A stretch of 64,000 nucleotides of DNA from positions 48,369 through 112,368 of the IMG/VR virus record IMGVR_UViG_3300028874_000010. One strand, 5' to 3'. Within the stretch, counting starts at the first letter, position 1. Each line of letters begins with the position of its first letter. The position numbers and the translations under genes were made by a program. A model generated the notes under the pieces. That model was not told the origin of the DNA. It did no database searches and saw only the letters and a program-made list of their open reading frames with translations. Below are positions 10,440 to 20,853 of this stretch, in pieces. Source of the stretch: a virus.

Positions 10440-11024
10440 ATGGAACGCCCATTTTCAAAAGTATTAGCACTAGATCCGGGCGGAACTCCAAAAGACTGGA
10501 TCTCATACAGACAAGCAATTCTTTATGCTGTCACTGATTCAATTTCTTGGGTACCCCCAACAGCACAAAAAGTCACGGTTTATGGTGGAACAAATTCCAA
10601 AACCGGAGAACTCTCATCAGTTGAAATCGCCTCAATGGTTGCGATCCATGGTCCTATGGCGGCCAAAATTGCTAATGGAGGGTATCGAACACCACGAGTC
10701 TCCAATAAAGCATTGTTTGCTAGAGACTTTCATAGATGTGCATATTGTGGAGAATATTTTGATATCGAATATTTAACCAAAGATCATATTCTTCCTAAGA
10801 AATTGAAAGGTAAAAACACTTGGCTAAATTTAATCACCTCGTGTAAACCATGTAACGGAAGGAAAGCTGATAGAACACCAGAAAAAGCAGGGATGAAACT
10901 AAAGTATCAACCCTATGTTCCATCAAGGATCGAATATCTTTGTTTTGCTAATAGAAAAATTTCAGATGACCAACTAGATTATATAGAAGCATTCACTACA
11001 AAAAGTGCTAAACGGAAAGCTTAA
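10440..11024 (+). CDS. HNH endonuclease (McrA/HNH_5-like)
   Basis: LFARD..RCAYCG, TKDHILP..G..TWLNLITSCKPCNGRK; own TATAAT promoter at about 10365. Confidence 0.85.
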   Translation: MERPFSKVLALDPGGTPKDWISYRQAILYAVTDSISWVPPTAQKVTVYGGTNSKTGELSSVEIASMVAIHGPMAAKIANGGYRTPRVSNKALFARDFHRCAYCGEYFDIEYLTKDHILPKKLKGKNTWLNLITSCKPCNGRKADRTPEKAGMKLKYQPYVPSRIEYLCFANRKISDDQLDYIEAFTTKSAKRKA

Positions 11025-11025
11025 T

Positions 11026-11060
11026 AAAAAAAAGGAGACTCATTGCGAGTCTCCTTTTTT
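11026..11060. terminator. bidirectional terminator between convergent HNH and cca
   Basis: A-tract GGAGACT-N7-AGTCTCC T-tract. Confidence 0.85.
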
Positions 11061-12159
11061 ATAGTGCATTAATTCTGGCATTAAAGATTAAATCTTTAAT
11101 TTTTGTTTTATCTTCTGTTGATAACGCAATCTCGGCAACATCGACATTCAAAATCTTATCAATATCACTATAAATTAATTCATGCGGCATCAGCCCAACT
11201 CCTTTAACATGTTCGCCGATATATCGACAAGCAGTTAGAACAACTTTGAATCTTTCAGGTCTCCTGAATAAATCAACTCTATTAAACAATTGGACCCGTT
11301 CTCTCTTACTTAATATTTGATATTTAGCAAGAGCCCCGCATTCGTTATTTACCAATGTAGAGACTTGTTCACAATCAACTGAGATAGTCCAACGTTTGTA
11401 ATCTTCTTTATTTTTAAATCCATTTGCTATGATAGCAAATCGAACTTCAAGCGGAGCATTATTCTGAGCTGCTTCATTTAATGAGTGTAGCCCACTGTCA
11501 CGAAGCCACTGACCTGTTGTACGAGTTCCGCCCCCAAACCATTCATTTAAATGATGATTAGCGCCAACATACGACAGTATTACAAACATCGCTGAAGGTC
11601 TTGCTTCCATCAGACCTTTCTTAAATTCCATCCAAACTCGTTCCGGGGTTAATGACTTGAATTCGCCAGAATCTACTATTTGACGCATAAGTTCTATAGT
11701 ATCTTCGTGGATAGTGAACTCGGTATATCTTGCAGCAAATCTGGCGATTCTGAGAACCCGAACCGGATCTTCAGCAAAGGCTTCTGATGTGTGTCGAAGA
11801 ATTTTATTCTTTAAATCTTCTTGGCCACCATACGGGTCAATGACGTTATTGTTTTCATCCATCGCCATCGAGTTGATTGTTAAGTCGCGCCGAAAAAGAT
11901 CTTGCGCTAATGTAACAGTCGGATCAAAGTCAACTTTAAACCCGTTGTACCCAGGAGAAACCTTACGTTCATTTCTGGCTAATGCATATTCTTCACCAGT
12001 GATTGGATGGAGGAAGACCGGAAAGTCTGCACCAACTTGCTGGAAATTAAGTTCCAACATGGCTTCAGTTGTGGCGCCAGTTACCACATAATCTCGATCT
12101 CTGGATTCTATTCCGAGCAGCCGATCCCTAACTGCGCCACCAACTAAATATGTTTTCAT
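11059..12159 (-). CDS. cca: tRNA nucleotidyltransferase (CCA-adding enzyme)
   Basis: [50 protein letters not shown]. Confidence 0.93.
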   Translation of the reverse strand: MKTYLVGGAVRDRLLGIESRDRDYVVTGATTEAMLELNFQQVGADFPVFLHPITGEEYALARNERKVSPGYNGFKVDFDPTVTLAQDLFRRDLTINSMAMDENNNVIDPYGGQEDLKNKILRHTSEAFAEDPVRVLRIARFAARYTEFTIHEDTIELMRQIVDSGEFKSLTPERVWMEFKKGLMEARPSAMFVILSYVGANHHLNEWFGGGTRTTGQWLRDSGLHSLNEAAQNNAPLEVRFAIIANGFKNKEDYKRWTISVDCEQVSTLVNNECGALAKYQILSKRERVQLFNRVDLFRRPERFKVVLTACRYIGEHVKGVGLMPHELIYSDIDKILNVDVAEIALSTEDKTKIKDLIFNARINAL

Positions 12160-12169
12160 TATATCCCCT

Positions 12170-12352
12170 TTAATTTATTAATTCTTTAAATCCTGTAATT
12201 GGACCCCAAATACCGACCATTCGGTGATTAAAGCTAATGGCAGTTTCAAACCCTTTATCTTTTGAATATTGGATGGCTAGATCAATGGTATCGAATTCTT
12301 GATCGGCCCAATACCGCATGTTAGTATAATACACTCGGTATTTGTTAGACAT
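12170..12352 (-). CDS. small hypothetical protein
   Basis: ORF with AGGA RBS. Confidence 0.5.
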   Translation of the reverse strand: MSNKYRVYYTNMRYWADQEFDTIDLAIQYSKDKGFETAISFNHRMVGIWGPITGFKELIN

Positions 12353-12422
12353 GATTTTATCCTAGTTCGTTGCCATTGACCCTATTATACTATAACTTTT
12401 TAGAAATATGAAATACTATATT

Positions 12423-12914
12423 TCAAGAATAATAAAGAACTTGGCCACGCACCATCTCAATTTGATCGCCATCTGGCAAGATCAAAAGCAAAGAATTTTT
12501 TCGGATGATTGGTTTGATCTGTGTTGGAATAAACTTTGATGTACAAACATGGCTATTCCATTCAACACATGGATAGAATAAAGTTTGGATTCCGCGAGGG
12601 AGAGTATGACTGTCGATGATAGTATCGATAGAAATTTCTTTAACTTGACTGGCTAAAAGCTGGAAAGCTTTTTCTGATTCTGGATCAACCAAGTTAAAGA
12701 ATTTACCTTTGTCTCGGATGAAACAAAAAGCTTGATACGCAGCAAGAATGCTGGTCTTAGTAATGCGGAAGGTGTGGGTCATGATATTAGTCAATGCTAA
12801 TTCAATTGGGCCTTCATAGAGTGTAAACCCTTGGCCAGGTTCTCCGATCTCCATATTCTTTACTTCGCAATGGAGATGTCCACCGATTTCCTTTACGCAT
12901 GACAATTCTAGCAT
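12423..12914 (-). CDS. hypothetical protein
   Basis: ORF with AAGG RBS. Confidence 0.55.
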   Translation of the reverse strand: MLELSCVKEIGGHLHCEVKNMEIGEPGQGFTLYEGPIELALTNIMTHTFRITKTSILAAYQAFCFIRDKGKFFNLVDPESEKAFQLLASQVKEISIDTIIDSHTLPRGIQTLFYPCVEWNSHVCTSKFIPTQIKPIIRKNSLLLILPDGDQIEMVRGQVLYYS

Positions 12915-12993
12915 ATGGCACCTTTCAAGTTGTTACAACGTTGAAAATCCCATCTGCACTTATCCTATCTCAAAAATGGCAATAAAGAAACAA

Positions 12994-13851
12994 TTATTTT
13001 GTGGTCTTTATTAATGAAACCAATTCAGCCATTACTTGTTTAAATTCTGGACCAACAAACTGTGGTGCTGCATTAATCTCCATAACATACCACTTACCAG
13101 TTTTGCTGTGCTGGATCAAATCAACACCAGTAATCCCAAACCCCATAGCCTTACAAGCTTTGTTAGCTAATGATTCAGCCTCTTTAGATAGGTCAATAAA
13201 TTCTTGAGATCCACCGAGCGAAACATTATTTCTAAATTCGCTCTTACTTGCAGTAATACGTTTAATTGAATAGATCAATTTATCTTTTAAGTAAAAAGTT
13301 CTGAAGTCACCATCATTAGGAATAAATTCCTGAAAGATAAAAGATTCATCTTTATTCTTGTTTAAGAAAGCAGATAAACTATCTTTGGTATCATGTTTGA
13401 CGATCCCTTTACCTTGAGACCCATTTACAATCTTTGAAACAATCGGAAGATTCAAAGCTTTAATAAGTTCGGAACAAGAAACTTTTCCTGCATGACCAAT
13501 GATTGTTTTTATTTGTGAGACCCCTTCCATTTTCATGATAACACTCTGAACTAATTTATTTTCTAGTTCATGAGGAGTTCCATATGAAAGAAATCCAATC
13601 TTGTATTTGTTAATGTATTTTATGACGCATGAATACATATCAGTATTATCATGAATTGCACCTGCCATGATAAATTTGAATTTGGATATAGGAATATTTT
13701 TAGCAAAGACTTCACCATCTTCAATAACTAACTCATTCCATGAAACAAAATATGGCCTATCAAGTTCTTTTTCTAGGAAAGCTTGTTTGCCTTCAGCTGC
13801 AAATCCTATGAATAGATATTTGAGACTGATTTCTTCTAAGAACATTGACAT
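12994..13851 (-). CDS. RimK-family ATP-grasp ligase
   Basis: PIVSK..GSQGKGI, FQEFIP..GDFR, FRNNVSLGG, GVDLI, VMEINAAP. Start moved because the track N-terminus runs into a tRNA. Confidence 0.85.
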   Translation of the reverse strand: MSMFLEEISLKYLFIGFAAEGKQAFLEKELDRPYFVSWNELVIEDGEVFAKNIPISKFKFIMAGAIHDNTDMYSCVIKYINKYKIGFLSYGTPHELENKLVQSVIMKMEGVSQIKTIIGHAGKVSCSELIKALNLPIVSKIVNGSQGKGIVKHDTKDSLSAFLNKNKDESFIFQEFIPNDGDFRTFYLKDKLIYSIKRITASKSEFRNNVSLGGSQEFIDLSKEAESLANKACKAMGFGITGVDLIQHSKTGKWYVMEINAAPQFVGPEFKQVMAELVSLIKTTK

Positions 13852-13869
13852 TGTATTTTCTTTTAGATT

Positions 13870-13964
13870 TGGAGGAAGAAACGGGATTCGAACCCGTGGA
13901 CCTAGGGTTTGCCTAGATCTATAGCTTTCCAAGCTATCGCAATCGGCCGCTCTGCCACTCTTCC
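13870..13964 (-). tRNA. tRNA-Ser(GGA)
   Basis: Cloverleaf, ATAGC-TTGGAAA-GCTAT, long variable arm, encoded CCA. Confidence 0.93.
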
Positions 13965-14143
13965 ATTTGTTATTTATTAATCTAAAAACCTTTTATAAAA
14001 TGATTCGAATAATTTATCAAGGTCGAGTTCAACTCTTTGATATTCATCAGGTTTACCTTTCAAGGATTTCCGTCTAACCCGAATTGCTTCATATTCAACT
14101 AGCATCTTTTTATAGAATGTTTCATCGAAGAAATCTCTATTCT

Positions 14144-14539
14144 TCATTCCATTCTTCCAATAGTAATATGAAAATTTTTATTAGTAGGCAAACCTAGTTC
14201 CTGCCTAATTTCTTTTAATCTTTTACTTTCTACTGGCAATACCCAAAACTTCCAATGCTGTTCAATCTCATTGTTATATTCAAAATGTATTCTTTCGTGT
14301 TGATGCTTATTCCATAAAGCCATTTGTTCTTTAGATAATGGCGTTTTACCATCGAACACCGTTATATGCGGAAGCCATGCAGTATTTTGTAGCTTTAAAT
14401 GAAGTTGTTTATCGACCCACCAACGATAATATTTCGCAATATTGGGATCAACATCTGCAACGATCAATGAACCAGGACGAATCTTGCGGAGACCAGGACG
14501 ATATGGATCGTACAGCACCTTAGCTGTAGATTTAAACAT
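14144..14539 (-). CDS. 2H phosphoesterase
   Basis: Two HxT motifs (PHITV, FHITI). Confidence 0.75.
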   Translation of the reverse strand: MFKSTAKVLYDPYRPGLRKIRPGSLIVADVDPNIAKYYRWWVDKQLHLKLQNTAWLPHITVFDGKTPLSKEQMALWNKHQHERIHFEYNNEIEQHWKFWVLPVESKRLKEIRQELGLPTNKNFHITIGRME

Positions 14540-14613
14540 AATATTTTTATTTTTTGTATACTTTACAAATATGGATACAGAGAATTCTCTATATCCATAT
14601 TATACTTTAGATA

Positions 14614-14904
14614 TTACGCGAGTTGCGTATAAGTGTTAGTAATTCCAGCAGCATTCCGACGTGCTGTTTCGTTAGCTAAAGCTGTTGCATATGTAATACC
14701 GAGTGCATCAATTGTAGGCTGAACTGAATCATCATAAGTCAATGTTCGTGTACGAGTCAATCCATCAGCTGAAACTGTTGTCACTGCCGACATGCCTGGG
14801 ATATTAGTAAATGCTGTTCCGTATGCACCCAGACCAACACCATCAACGAAATTAAGACCAACTGAAGGCAAAACTGTAACCATTTGGTATGAAACTGTAG
14901 TCAT
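14614..14904 (-). CDS. small Thr/Ala/Gly-rich protein under a late promoter
   Basis: AAGGA RBS; TATAAATA at 14930-14937. Confidence 0.65.
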   Translation of the reverse strand: MTTVSYQMVTVLPSVGLNFVDGVGLGAYGTAFTNIPGMSAVTTVSADGLTRTRTLTYDDSVQPTIDALGITYATALANETARRNAAGITNTYTQLA

Positions 14905-14932
14905 GATAAAAATCCTTTATTGTTTTGTTTAT

Positions 14933-15556
14933 TTATAATTCTGTAAATGCTTCATGTGTTTCATATTCTACACAATCTTGTAAACCTAATTTATTGAACG
15001 CCCACCATCTTTCTCTACATGCGAAACATAGACCACAGTGACTATCTATTTTTTCTGTGCATGTATGAGTTAGTTTAAGCAAATCAAATAATTGTTCTTG
15101 GTAATATAGATCAACTATATTTGTCTTTAAAGAAGTACCAAATGGCATATGCATATTTTTCCATTCAGTCTTGATATATCGATAAGGCTTTTGACCTTCC
15201 GGGATTTTATCGGCCCATTCTGGATTCATTGTTGTTCCAGTATAGAAGTAATCGACTTCATCCAAAGCTTTGGTAAATATTGGAGACAATACACCATTTG
15301 GATTCTTTGGATTATTAATTAATCTAACTTCACATATAACATTCAATTCATCCAAGATCCTATTGACATATTCATAACTGTTTCCTAAATCAACCGTATA
15401 CACTACAACTTTTTTATGATCGATTTCTTTAAGTAGATAATATGCAAGTAATGTACTATCCATTCCTCCGCTCATTGCAATTCCGATCTTGTTATATTTG
15501 ATCGGAATATGGATATGAAGAATTTTGTCTAACAGATGTAAATCAAGAGTTGTCAT
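14933..15556 (-). CDS. QueC-like PP-loop ATPase
   Basis: SGGMDS; C-terminal THTC..HCGLCFACRER Zn motif. Confidence 0.7.
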   Translation of the reverse strand: MTTLDLHLLDKILHIHIPIKYNKIGIAMSGGMDSTLLAYYLLKEIDHKKVVVYTVDLGNSYEYVNRILDELNVICEVRLINNPKNPNGVLSPIFTKALDEVDYFYTGTTMNPEWADKIPEGQKPYRYIKTEWKNMHMPFGTSLKTNIVDLYYQEQLFDLLKLTHTCTEKIDSHCGLCFACRERWWAFNKLGLQDCVEYETHEAFTEL

Positions 15557-16377
15557 TTGAATAGTAATCCTCTTTTCAATAAATCAAATGGTTGAATTCC
15601 AAAGAATTCATTTTTACTAAATTCTTCTCCAACTACATTGATCCATGGCATAACACCAAGCACTATATGAATTCTAGGTAATTGCGAAGTAGGTTTTTCT
15701 TTAGCATAAACACGATGCGGAATTCTGGTGTTCCAAACATAGCACTTACCAACTTCTAAATGCTGTTCGTGGACTAATGCATTCCCGTTTTCATCTGATC
15801 CATTAATTTCTAAGACGTACGAAGGATCGCTTTGCAGTGGAATATTAATTCGTAAATTCTGAAACGTAAATTCATCTCGATGAAAATTGAATCCATGAAT
15901 CCCATCGTTAATTGGAAATATATAAGACACCCTAGAACGAGTTAATTGGCAATTCAATTTAGATAACAGAGATGAATAATGTTCTAGTACTAATGGATGA
16001 ACTTTAGAAAATCGATATGTGTCATGATACGAATTTTTAAGAACACTAATATTGCCAAGACCTTCGGCTCTTGAGAAATTTTGAGTTAGTTTTGGGTCGC
16101 CTAGAGTAGCATATGGATCAATGCCAAGATTAGGATTATATGTAAGACTAAATCCTTTATAGATTTCACTAGCTTTATTATTTGATCTCCAGCCTTGAAG
16201 ATGTCCTAATTCTTTTTCAATTTCTAATGTACTAACCAATAATTCTTCGGCTGTCGGAAGACCAAAATCAGAAAGATTAAATTCAAAAAATTGTTTTTCT
16301 ATTTTAGTATTGTAATACTTAGAAATCTGAAAAGCATTCTCGACTTCTTCAAGCATTGTTAGATCAGGCAATGACAT
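15553..16377 (-). CDS. 2OG-Fe(II) oxygenase (Asp/Asn beta-hydroxylase-like)
   Basis: HRD...RINIPL...WNT.IPHRV...RIHIV. Confidence 0.7.
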   Translation of the reverse strand: MSLPDLTMLEEVENAFQISKYYNTKIEKQFFEFNLSDFGLPTAEELLVSTLEIEKELGHLQGWRSNNKASEIYKGFSLTYNPNLGIDPYATLGDPKLTQNFSRAEGLGNISVLKNSYHDTYRFSKVHPLVLEHYSSLLSKLNCQLTRSRVSYIFPINDGIHGFNFHRDEFTFQNLRINIPLQSDPSYVLEINGSDENGNALVHEQHLEVGKCYVWNTRIPHRVYAKEKPTSQLPRIHIVLGVMPWINVVGEEFSKNEFFGIQPFDLLKRGLLFK

Positions 16378-16822
16378 AATAATTAGTTTTGTTTTCGATT
16401 AGATCAAATATTGGTGATGATAATTCTATAAACCCAGCTCGTTTGTAAGTACTCAACGCTTCTTGTTTTGGATAACTCCAAATAACTTTACCCGGATACA
16501 AATCTCGAGTCATCTGTAATGTTAACTTTAATAAGCATTCACCAAGCTTGTGTCCTCTTTTTTCAGGGATAACATAAAGGCCTCGTGATCTAACTGTATT
16601 TTCTACCAAATGAAAACTATTAACAGCCACCATTTTCTTGGTACTATAATCATAAGTCCCAAGAAAAACAGGATCGGAATATTTGTCAGTAAAAGACATT
16701 GTCCAAGGTGGTTCTGGTAAGACCATCGCAGACATTGGCTCTATAGGAGAAACCCTATCCTTCCATAATTCTTTCCAATATGGTAAAATTTCTTCGTAAG
16801 TCAGAGCGAATGTATAAATCAT
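16364..16822 (-). CDS. GNAT acetyltransferase
   Basis: RSRGLYV.PEKRGHKLG..LL, ALSTYKRAGF. Confidence 0.8.
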   Translation of the reverse strand: MIYTFALTYEEILPYWKELWKDRVSPIEPMSAMVLPEPPWTMSFTDKYSDPVFLGTYDYSTKKMVAVNSFHLVENTVRSRGLYVIPEKRGHKLGECLLKLTLQMTRDLYPGKVIWSYPKQEALSTYKRAGFIELSSPIFDLIENKTNYYVIA

Positions 16823-17718
16823 TGTGCAGGCCCTATCATATGACATTCATCATACATGATTTTCAAATATTTATCAGATGAATAAGTGAACTCTCCGGCC
16901 TTCATATTTTCCAACATTTCATTTGCTGGAATATACATATGAACTTCACTGTGTTTATATTTGTCCCAAATCTTTTGTCGCATCCCATTATCTAAATCTT
17001 CACTACCTTCAAAACCATGATACTTAGGACGAGGTTTAACTTCAATATCAAAATATTCTTTGTATTGTTGAGGTTTTCTAGATCTACCATCAACTAAGCC
17101 ATATGTGTGAAAGTTTTTAAATTCATTAGAATTTAAAATTGATGCGATAATACCAGGTGATGATTTTAACGGCGAGACCAAAACATTACTTTTGCCAAAG
17201 GCTTGAGCTATGGCATAATCTTTTTCCCGTTCTTGAACAAATGTGGTATCACGAAAATGTTTTGGCTCTGGGTGAATAGATGGAAGAATAACTAATTTTT
17301 TAGATGTGGCTGCCCACCATCTAGCAATATATAAATGAATCGGGAGTTGAGGACTTGTACATTTGAAATTTTTAACAATCATATCAAATTCTTTACCTTC
17401 CCAGAACTCCTTTAAATTAAAATACTTATATTTTAGTTCACAGTGTCCACTAAGTTCTTCAACCCAAGCAATATCATGTTCATTGACTGTTTTATTTTCA
17501 TACCTCAAATTGTATGCTACTGCTGTTACATTCTTTCCAGCTTCAATAAGTAAACGAGCCATGACCTCACTATCTATGCCACCACTAGCCATAACAATCA
17601 AATCTTGCGGAAGTTTATCAAAAATCTTCTGAAGTTCTTCTTTGGGCGTTCCAAATGAATCAACCTTAGGATAGGAGACTGAAAAATCATGAGGGCCAAG
17701 GCTTGAATATTTAATCAT
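16819..17718 (-). CDS. PP-loop (asparagine-synthase-like) adenine nucleotide alpha-hydrolase
   Basis: SGGIDSE; RPKYHGFE motif. Confidence 0.6.
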   Translation of the reverse strand: MIKYSSLGPHDFSVSYPKVDSFGTPKEELQKIFDKLPQDLIVMASGGIDSEVMARLLIEAGKNVTAVAYNLRYENKTVNEHDIAWVEELSGHCELKYKYFNLKEFWEGKEFDMIVKNFKCTSPQLPIHLYIARWWAATSKKLVILPSIHPEPKHFRDTTFVQEREKDYAIAQAFGKSNVLVSPLKSSPGIIASILNSNEFKNFHTYGLVDGRSRKPQQYKEYFDIEVKPRPKYHGFEGSEDLDNGMRQKIWDKYKHSEVHMYIPANEMLENMKAGEFTYSSDKYLKIMYDECHMIGPAQ

Positions 17719-17987
17719 TACTGTTTAATTGGCTTTTGTAAAGCATCTTTAATAATAACAGAGCCGTCAGACATGATTTGACATGATTGTGATTGCGGTG
17801 TAAATGGATCGGATTGGTGAGAAACCCGGCCATCTGAATACATTAAAATTATAGACATATGTCCGGTCTGATCACACCCAATGCCATATCCGTAATCAGT
17901 CCCAGTCACCCCATGTTGAGCGGTGCATCCTACTATAGATAAAATTACACTACATAGTAGTCCTATAAACAATGTAGACTTAATCAT
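17718..17987 (-). CDS. putative lipoprotein
   Basis: Signal peptide with IVGC lipobox. Confidence 0.55.
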   Translation of the reverse strand: MIKSTLFIGLLCSVILSIVGCTAQHGVTGTDYGYGIGCDQTGHMSIILMYSDGRVSHQSDPFTPQSQSCQIMSDGSVIIKDALQKPIKQ

Positions 17988-18337
17988 GCTTCCCTCACAA
18001 ATTTGATAAAATATTTATTATTGGCCCTCTTAAATGTAAATCGTCCAGTGATCACACCAAACCTAAAGTATTGCATCATAGCTGGAAAATCTCTCATTGT
18101 GACATGATATGTTTTTCCAGTATCTTGATCTTTTAGTACCATCTTATCCGAATAAGGACCACGGTCAATACCAATATACACCATACTTGAATAAAATTCA
18201 TAGTTGGTCTTCCATTCGATCCCATGAGTACTATCGTAATCTTGTATCAATTGCGCCCAGTAAGGGCGCCTATATTGTTTGAGAAGATTGCCATCTTTAT
18301 CAAATGGGATCTGGATATTCTTTTGATTCTTTGACAT
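17984..18337 (-). CDS. hypothetical phage protein
   Basis: Tightly packed ORF. Confidence 0.6.
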   Translation of the reverse strand: MSKNQKNIQIPFDKDGNLLKQYRRPYWAQLIQDYDSTHGIEWKTNYEFYSSMVYIGIDRGPYSDKMVLKDQDTGKTYHVTMRDFPAMMQYFRFGVITGRFTFKRANNKYFIKFVREA

Positions 18338-18826
18338 TTATTTTTCCGTTAAAGTGTTAATCCATTTAACTAATTTTTTAGCTACGATTTCTTGTATTTG
18401 ATCTTCAGTGATTGAGTTGTCCATACCGTAAATCATATCTACCATACAAACTATGACATCAACTGCTTCACCAATCACACCATCTTTACCTTTAGGTTTG
18501 TAGTGATCACCTTCGTCAATCATCACCTCTTGGGCGAGCTCGCCCATTTCTTCCATGGCTTTAGATAATACTGCATATTTAGAACGGGGCCCACTGACCG
18601 CCCTAGATGTCGCCAGGATTTGCTTTACGACAGAACCCGGAGATGGTTCTTGGAATATTGCCCATTCATCACCAGGCATCATTCTAAACGGTTGGCTTCC
18701 GGCTGTTAAAAAATATTTACCGTCAAATGTTAGGAGTCCAATATACCCAGATGAAAATTTATATTGATAAATCCCTGGTTCAATCGGTGACTGATATTCT
18801 GGATCTCTCCATACAATTTCGGTCAT
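18338..18826 (-). CDS. MazG-like nucleotide pyrophosphohydrolase
   Basis: KAMEEMGELAQ...GEAVDVIVC; start at ATGA overlap. Confidence 0.75.
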   Translation of the reverse strand: MTEIVWRDPEYQSPIEPGIYQYKFSSGYIGLLTFDGKYFLTAGSQPFRMMPGDEWAIFQEPSPGSVVKQILATSRAVSGPRSKYAVLSKAMEEMGELAQEVMIDEGDHYKPKGKDGVIGEAVDVIVCMVDMIYGMDNSITEDQIQEIVAKKLVKWINTLTEK

Positions 18827-19902
18827 CTCCCGCAACCACCGCCACCAAAGGCTCCAGATCCACCGCAACCACCGCCGCCATAAGACACGTCTGGTTTCTT
18901 TTTAACAGTCTCTTTATAAGATGGGTCTTTGATGACTATACTTTCAGTAGGTAATAACTTGCTATTATTACTAACTGCTTCAGCCAATCCGGTTTGTTTT
19001 AACGGCGTCGTTTTTGGAACTATCTTCGGGATAGTAACCGGCATAGCTTTTGCAACATGCTGTTTAAGCGGCTGGTTTTTATATTCTTCTAAATACGTAT
19101 CATGTAAAACTTCATTAAATTCTATATTGCCTTCCCAATCAGTTGAAAGTTTGCCAGTGATATGATAGATTAATTCATACACATCAGAAATTGCCACTGA
19201 TGGTTCAGCATAACTAGCCTTAAATACAACAGGCATTCCATCAATCAAGATTGTATGATTTCGGCATACTGCGCAAGCTCCAGCTGAGATGATTGTATAA
19301 TCGGCATATAACTTTTCAAGATATGTATTACCCATCTGATTATTATTTTGATCATACCTAAAGCTCACACTTGATGCGCCAACAATTTTCGCATATTCGA
19401 TAAACTGAGAAACATAATCTTTGTTCAGAAGATCTTTATCGGTATAGACATGATTCAAATTCATATCTATACCGTTCCGATTTAATTCAGCCGCACAAAC
19501 TTTTAAAGCTTCATCTTTGATAATTTCTTTAGTCTGGAATACTGCCGTATTAGCTTCATACCCTATCGCGTGCCGACTGACATTCAGGTGATTAATCCCT
19601 CTACTAATCAAACCAAGTTTTTCTTCTAACTTGGTACCATTTGTAGTTAGAACAATCTTATCAAATCGGTTTGATAGTTTAAGCAATCCAAGAATAGCAG
19701 AAAGATCTGGTGATAATGTTGGTTCTCCACCGCTAATACTGACTTGTCTGAAATGCGATGGAAGACGATTGAATAAAACGTCTTCCAGATTTTTTAGATA
19801 ATTTGAACTAGCTTTCCGCTTGAACGGATCTGTGCAGAATGAACAAAAAGAATTACAGCCGCCCGATGTTATAATCGTGAAATTAGGATCTAAATATGTC
19901 AT
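18823..19902 (-). CDS. radical SAM protein with Gly/Cys-rich C-terminal tail
   Basis: CNSFCSFC, ISGGEPT, TTNGT, NVSRH. Confidence 0.85.
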   Translation of the reverse strand: MTYLDPNFTIITSGGCNSFCSFCTDPFKRKASSNYLKNLEDVLFNRLPSHFRQVSISGGEPTLSPDLSAILGLLKLSNRFDKIVLTTNGTKLEEKLGLISRGINHLNVSRHAIGYEANTAVFQTKEIIKDEALKVCAAELNRNGIDMNLNHVYTDKDLLNKDYVSQFIEYAKIVGASSVSFRYDQNNNQMGNTYLEKLYADYTIISAGACAVCRNHTILIDGMPVVFKASYAEPSVAISDVYELIYHITGKLSTDWEGNIEFNEVLHDTYLEEYKNQPLKQHVAKAMPVTIPKIVPKTTPLKQTGLAEAVSNNSKLLPTESIVIKDPSYKETVKKKPDVSYGGGGCGGSGAFGGGGCGR

Positions 19903-19910
19903 GTTTAACT

Positions 19911-20177
19911 TTATGGCCAGTTTGATGATGCATTATGTTGCATATTATGCATACAGTTTACAATATTTTGCATATTAGTAATATGTTTCTCGAGTGTAGC
20001 AAATTCGTCCCTGAGCAATTCATCTTCGGTAAACAAAGGGCCATTGATACCATGATGTCTAATTCGAGTCTTGTAAATACCTGATTGAATCCTAGATTGA
20101 AACAACAAAATATATGATTGGGAAATAGTCATTTGGCCCTGAAGAATGGCCAACTCAATAGACAGTTTTTCACTCAT
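19911..20177 (-). CDS. hypothetical protein
   Basis: ORF in gene run. Confidence 0.5.
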   Translation of the reverse strand: MSEKLSIELAILQGQMTISQSYILLFQSRIQSGIYKTRIRHHGINGPLFTEDELLRDEFATLEKHITNMQNIVNCMHNMQHNASSNWP

Positions 20178-20260
20178 GATGGATCACTCAAAGTTGGAAG
20201 ATTTGACGGTTACGTTAATCCGTCGTCACGAGGACCGTACATCGCGGCTAGACGATTTAT

Positions 20261-20734
20261 TCAAAATGGCATGATTAAATGTTCAACAATAGATTCGCCA
20301 GTCTCTTTATAATCAAGCTTTAAAACCAAATCAAATGTTTCGGAATTCCATGGCTTTGGATACTCACTAGACTTTGCGCCAAGTTCATGCATGAGATGTG
20401 GAATTCTTCCATGATGCCAACACACTACAACAATTTTGTTTTCATACACCGGGCTATGGCAAATAAGAGTAGCAAGTTTATCATACTCTGCATTTTCATA
20501 TCTCATATCGATTAGCTTATCAAATGCACTAGCTAGAGGCATCACTGTTTGGTACGGCCTCTGACTATTTTTATTTGGTTGAGCCGCAAAAATATAATCG
20601 GGAACACCTATATTAGTTCTAAACCAATCTACCAAAGCCTCAGCACGAGAAAAACCAGCAATAGATAAAAATGAATCTCTTTGATCTATTGGCTTTTCAG
20701 CATGCCTAAGAATGTAAATTGTTGGTGTATTCAT
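20261..20734 (-). CDS. histidine phosphatase family protein
   Basis: RHAEK, R..QT, CWHH..IP. Confidence 0.8.
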   Translation of the reverse strand: MNTPTIYILRHAEKPIDQRDSFLSIAGFSRAEALVDWFRTNIGVPDYIFAAQPNKNSQRPYQTVMPLASAFDKLIDMRYENAEYDKLATLICHSPVYENKIVVVCWHHGRIPHLMHELGAKSSEYPKPWNSETFDLVLKLDYKETGESIVEHLIMPF

Positions 20735-20758
20735 ATTATTCTATTTTTAAATATCGGG

Positions 20759-20843
20759 CGGAAACAGTAGGATTCGAACCCACGGAGCTGTTACACTCTC
20801 CAGATTTCAAGTCTGGCGCATTAGACCACTCTGCCATGCTTCC
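20759..20843 (-). tRNA. tRNA-Ser(TGA); CCA not fully encoded
   Basis: CCAGA-CTTGAAA-TCTGG, long variable arm, ends G-CC-C. Confidence 0.9.
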
Positions 20844-20853
20844 ATATTTCTAT

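Noticed and set aside
13852-13932. N-terminal extension of the RimK-like ORF (likewise 51777-51848, and ORFs 34058-34249, 34482-34682, 54157-54387)
   Set aside because: These frames run through tRNA genes
14933-15556. Complete 7-deazaguanine DNA-modification pathway
   Set aside because: Only a short QueC-like gene is present; partner genes are absent from the window
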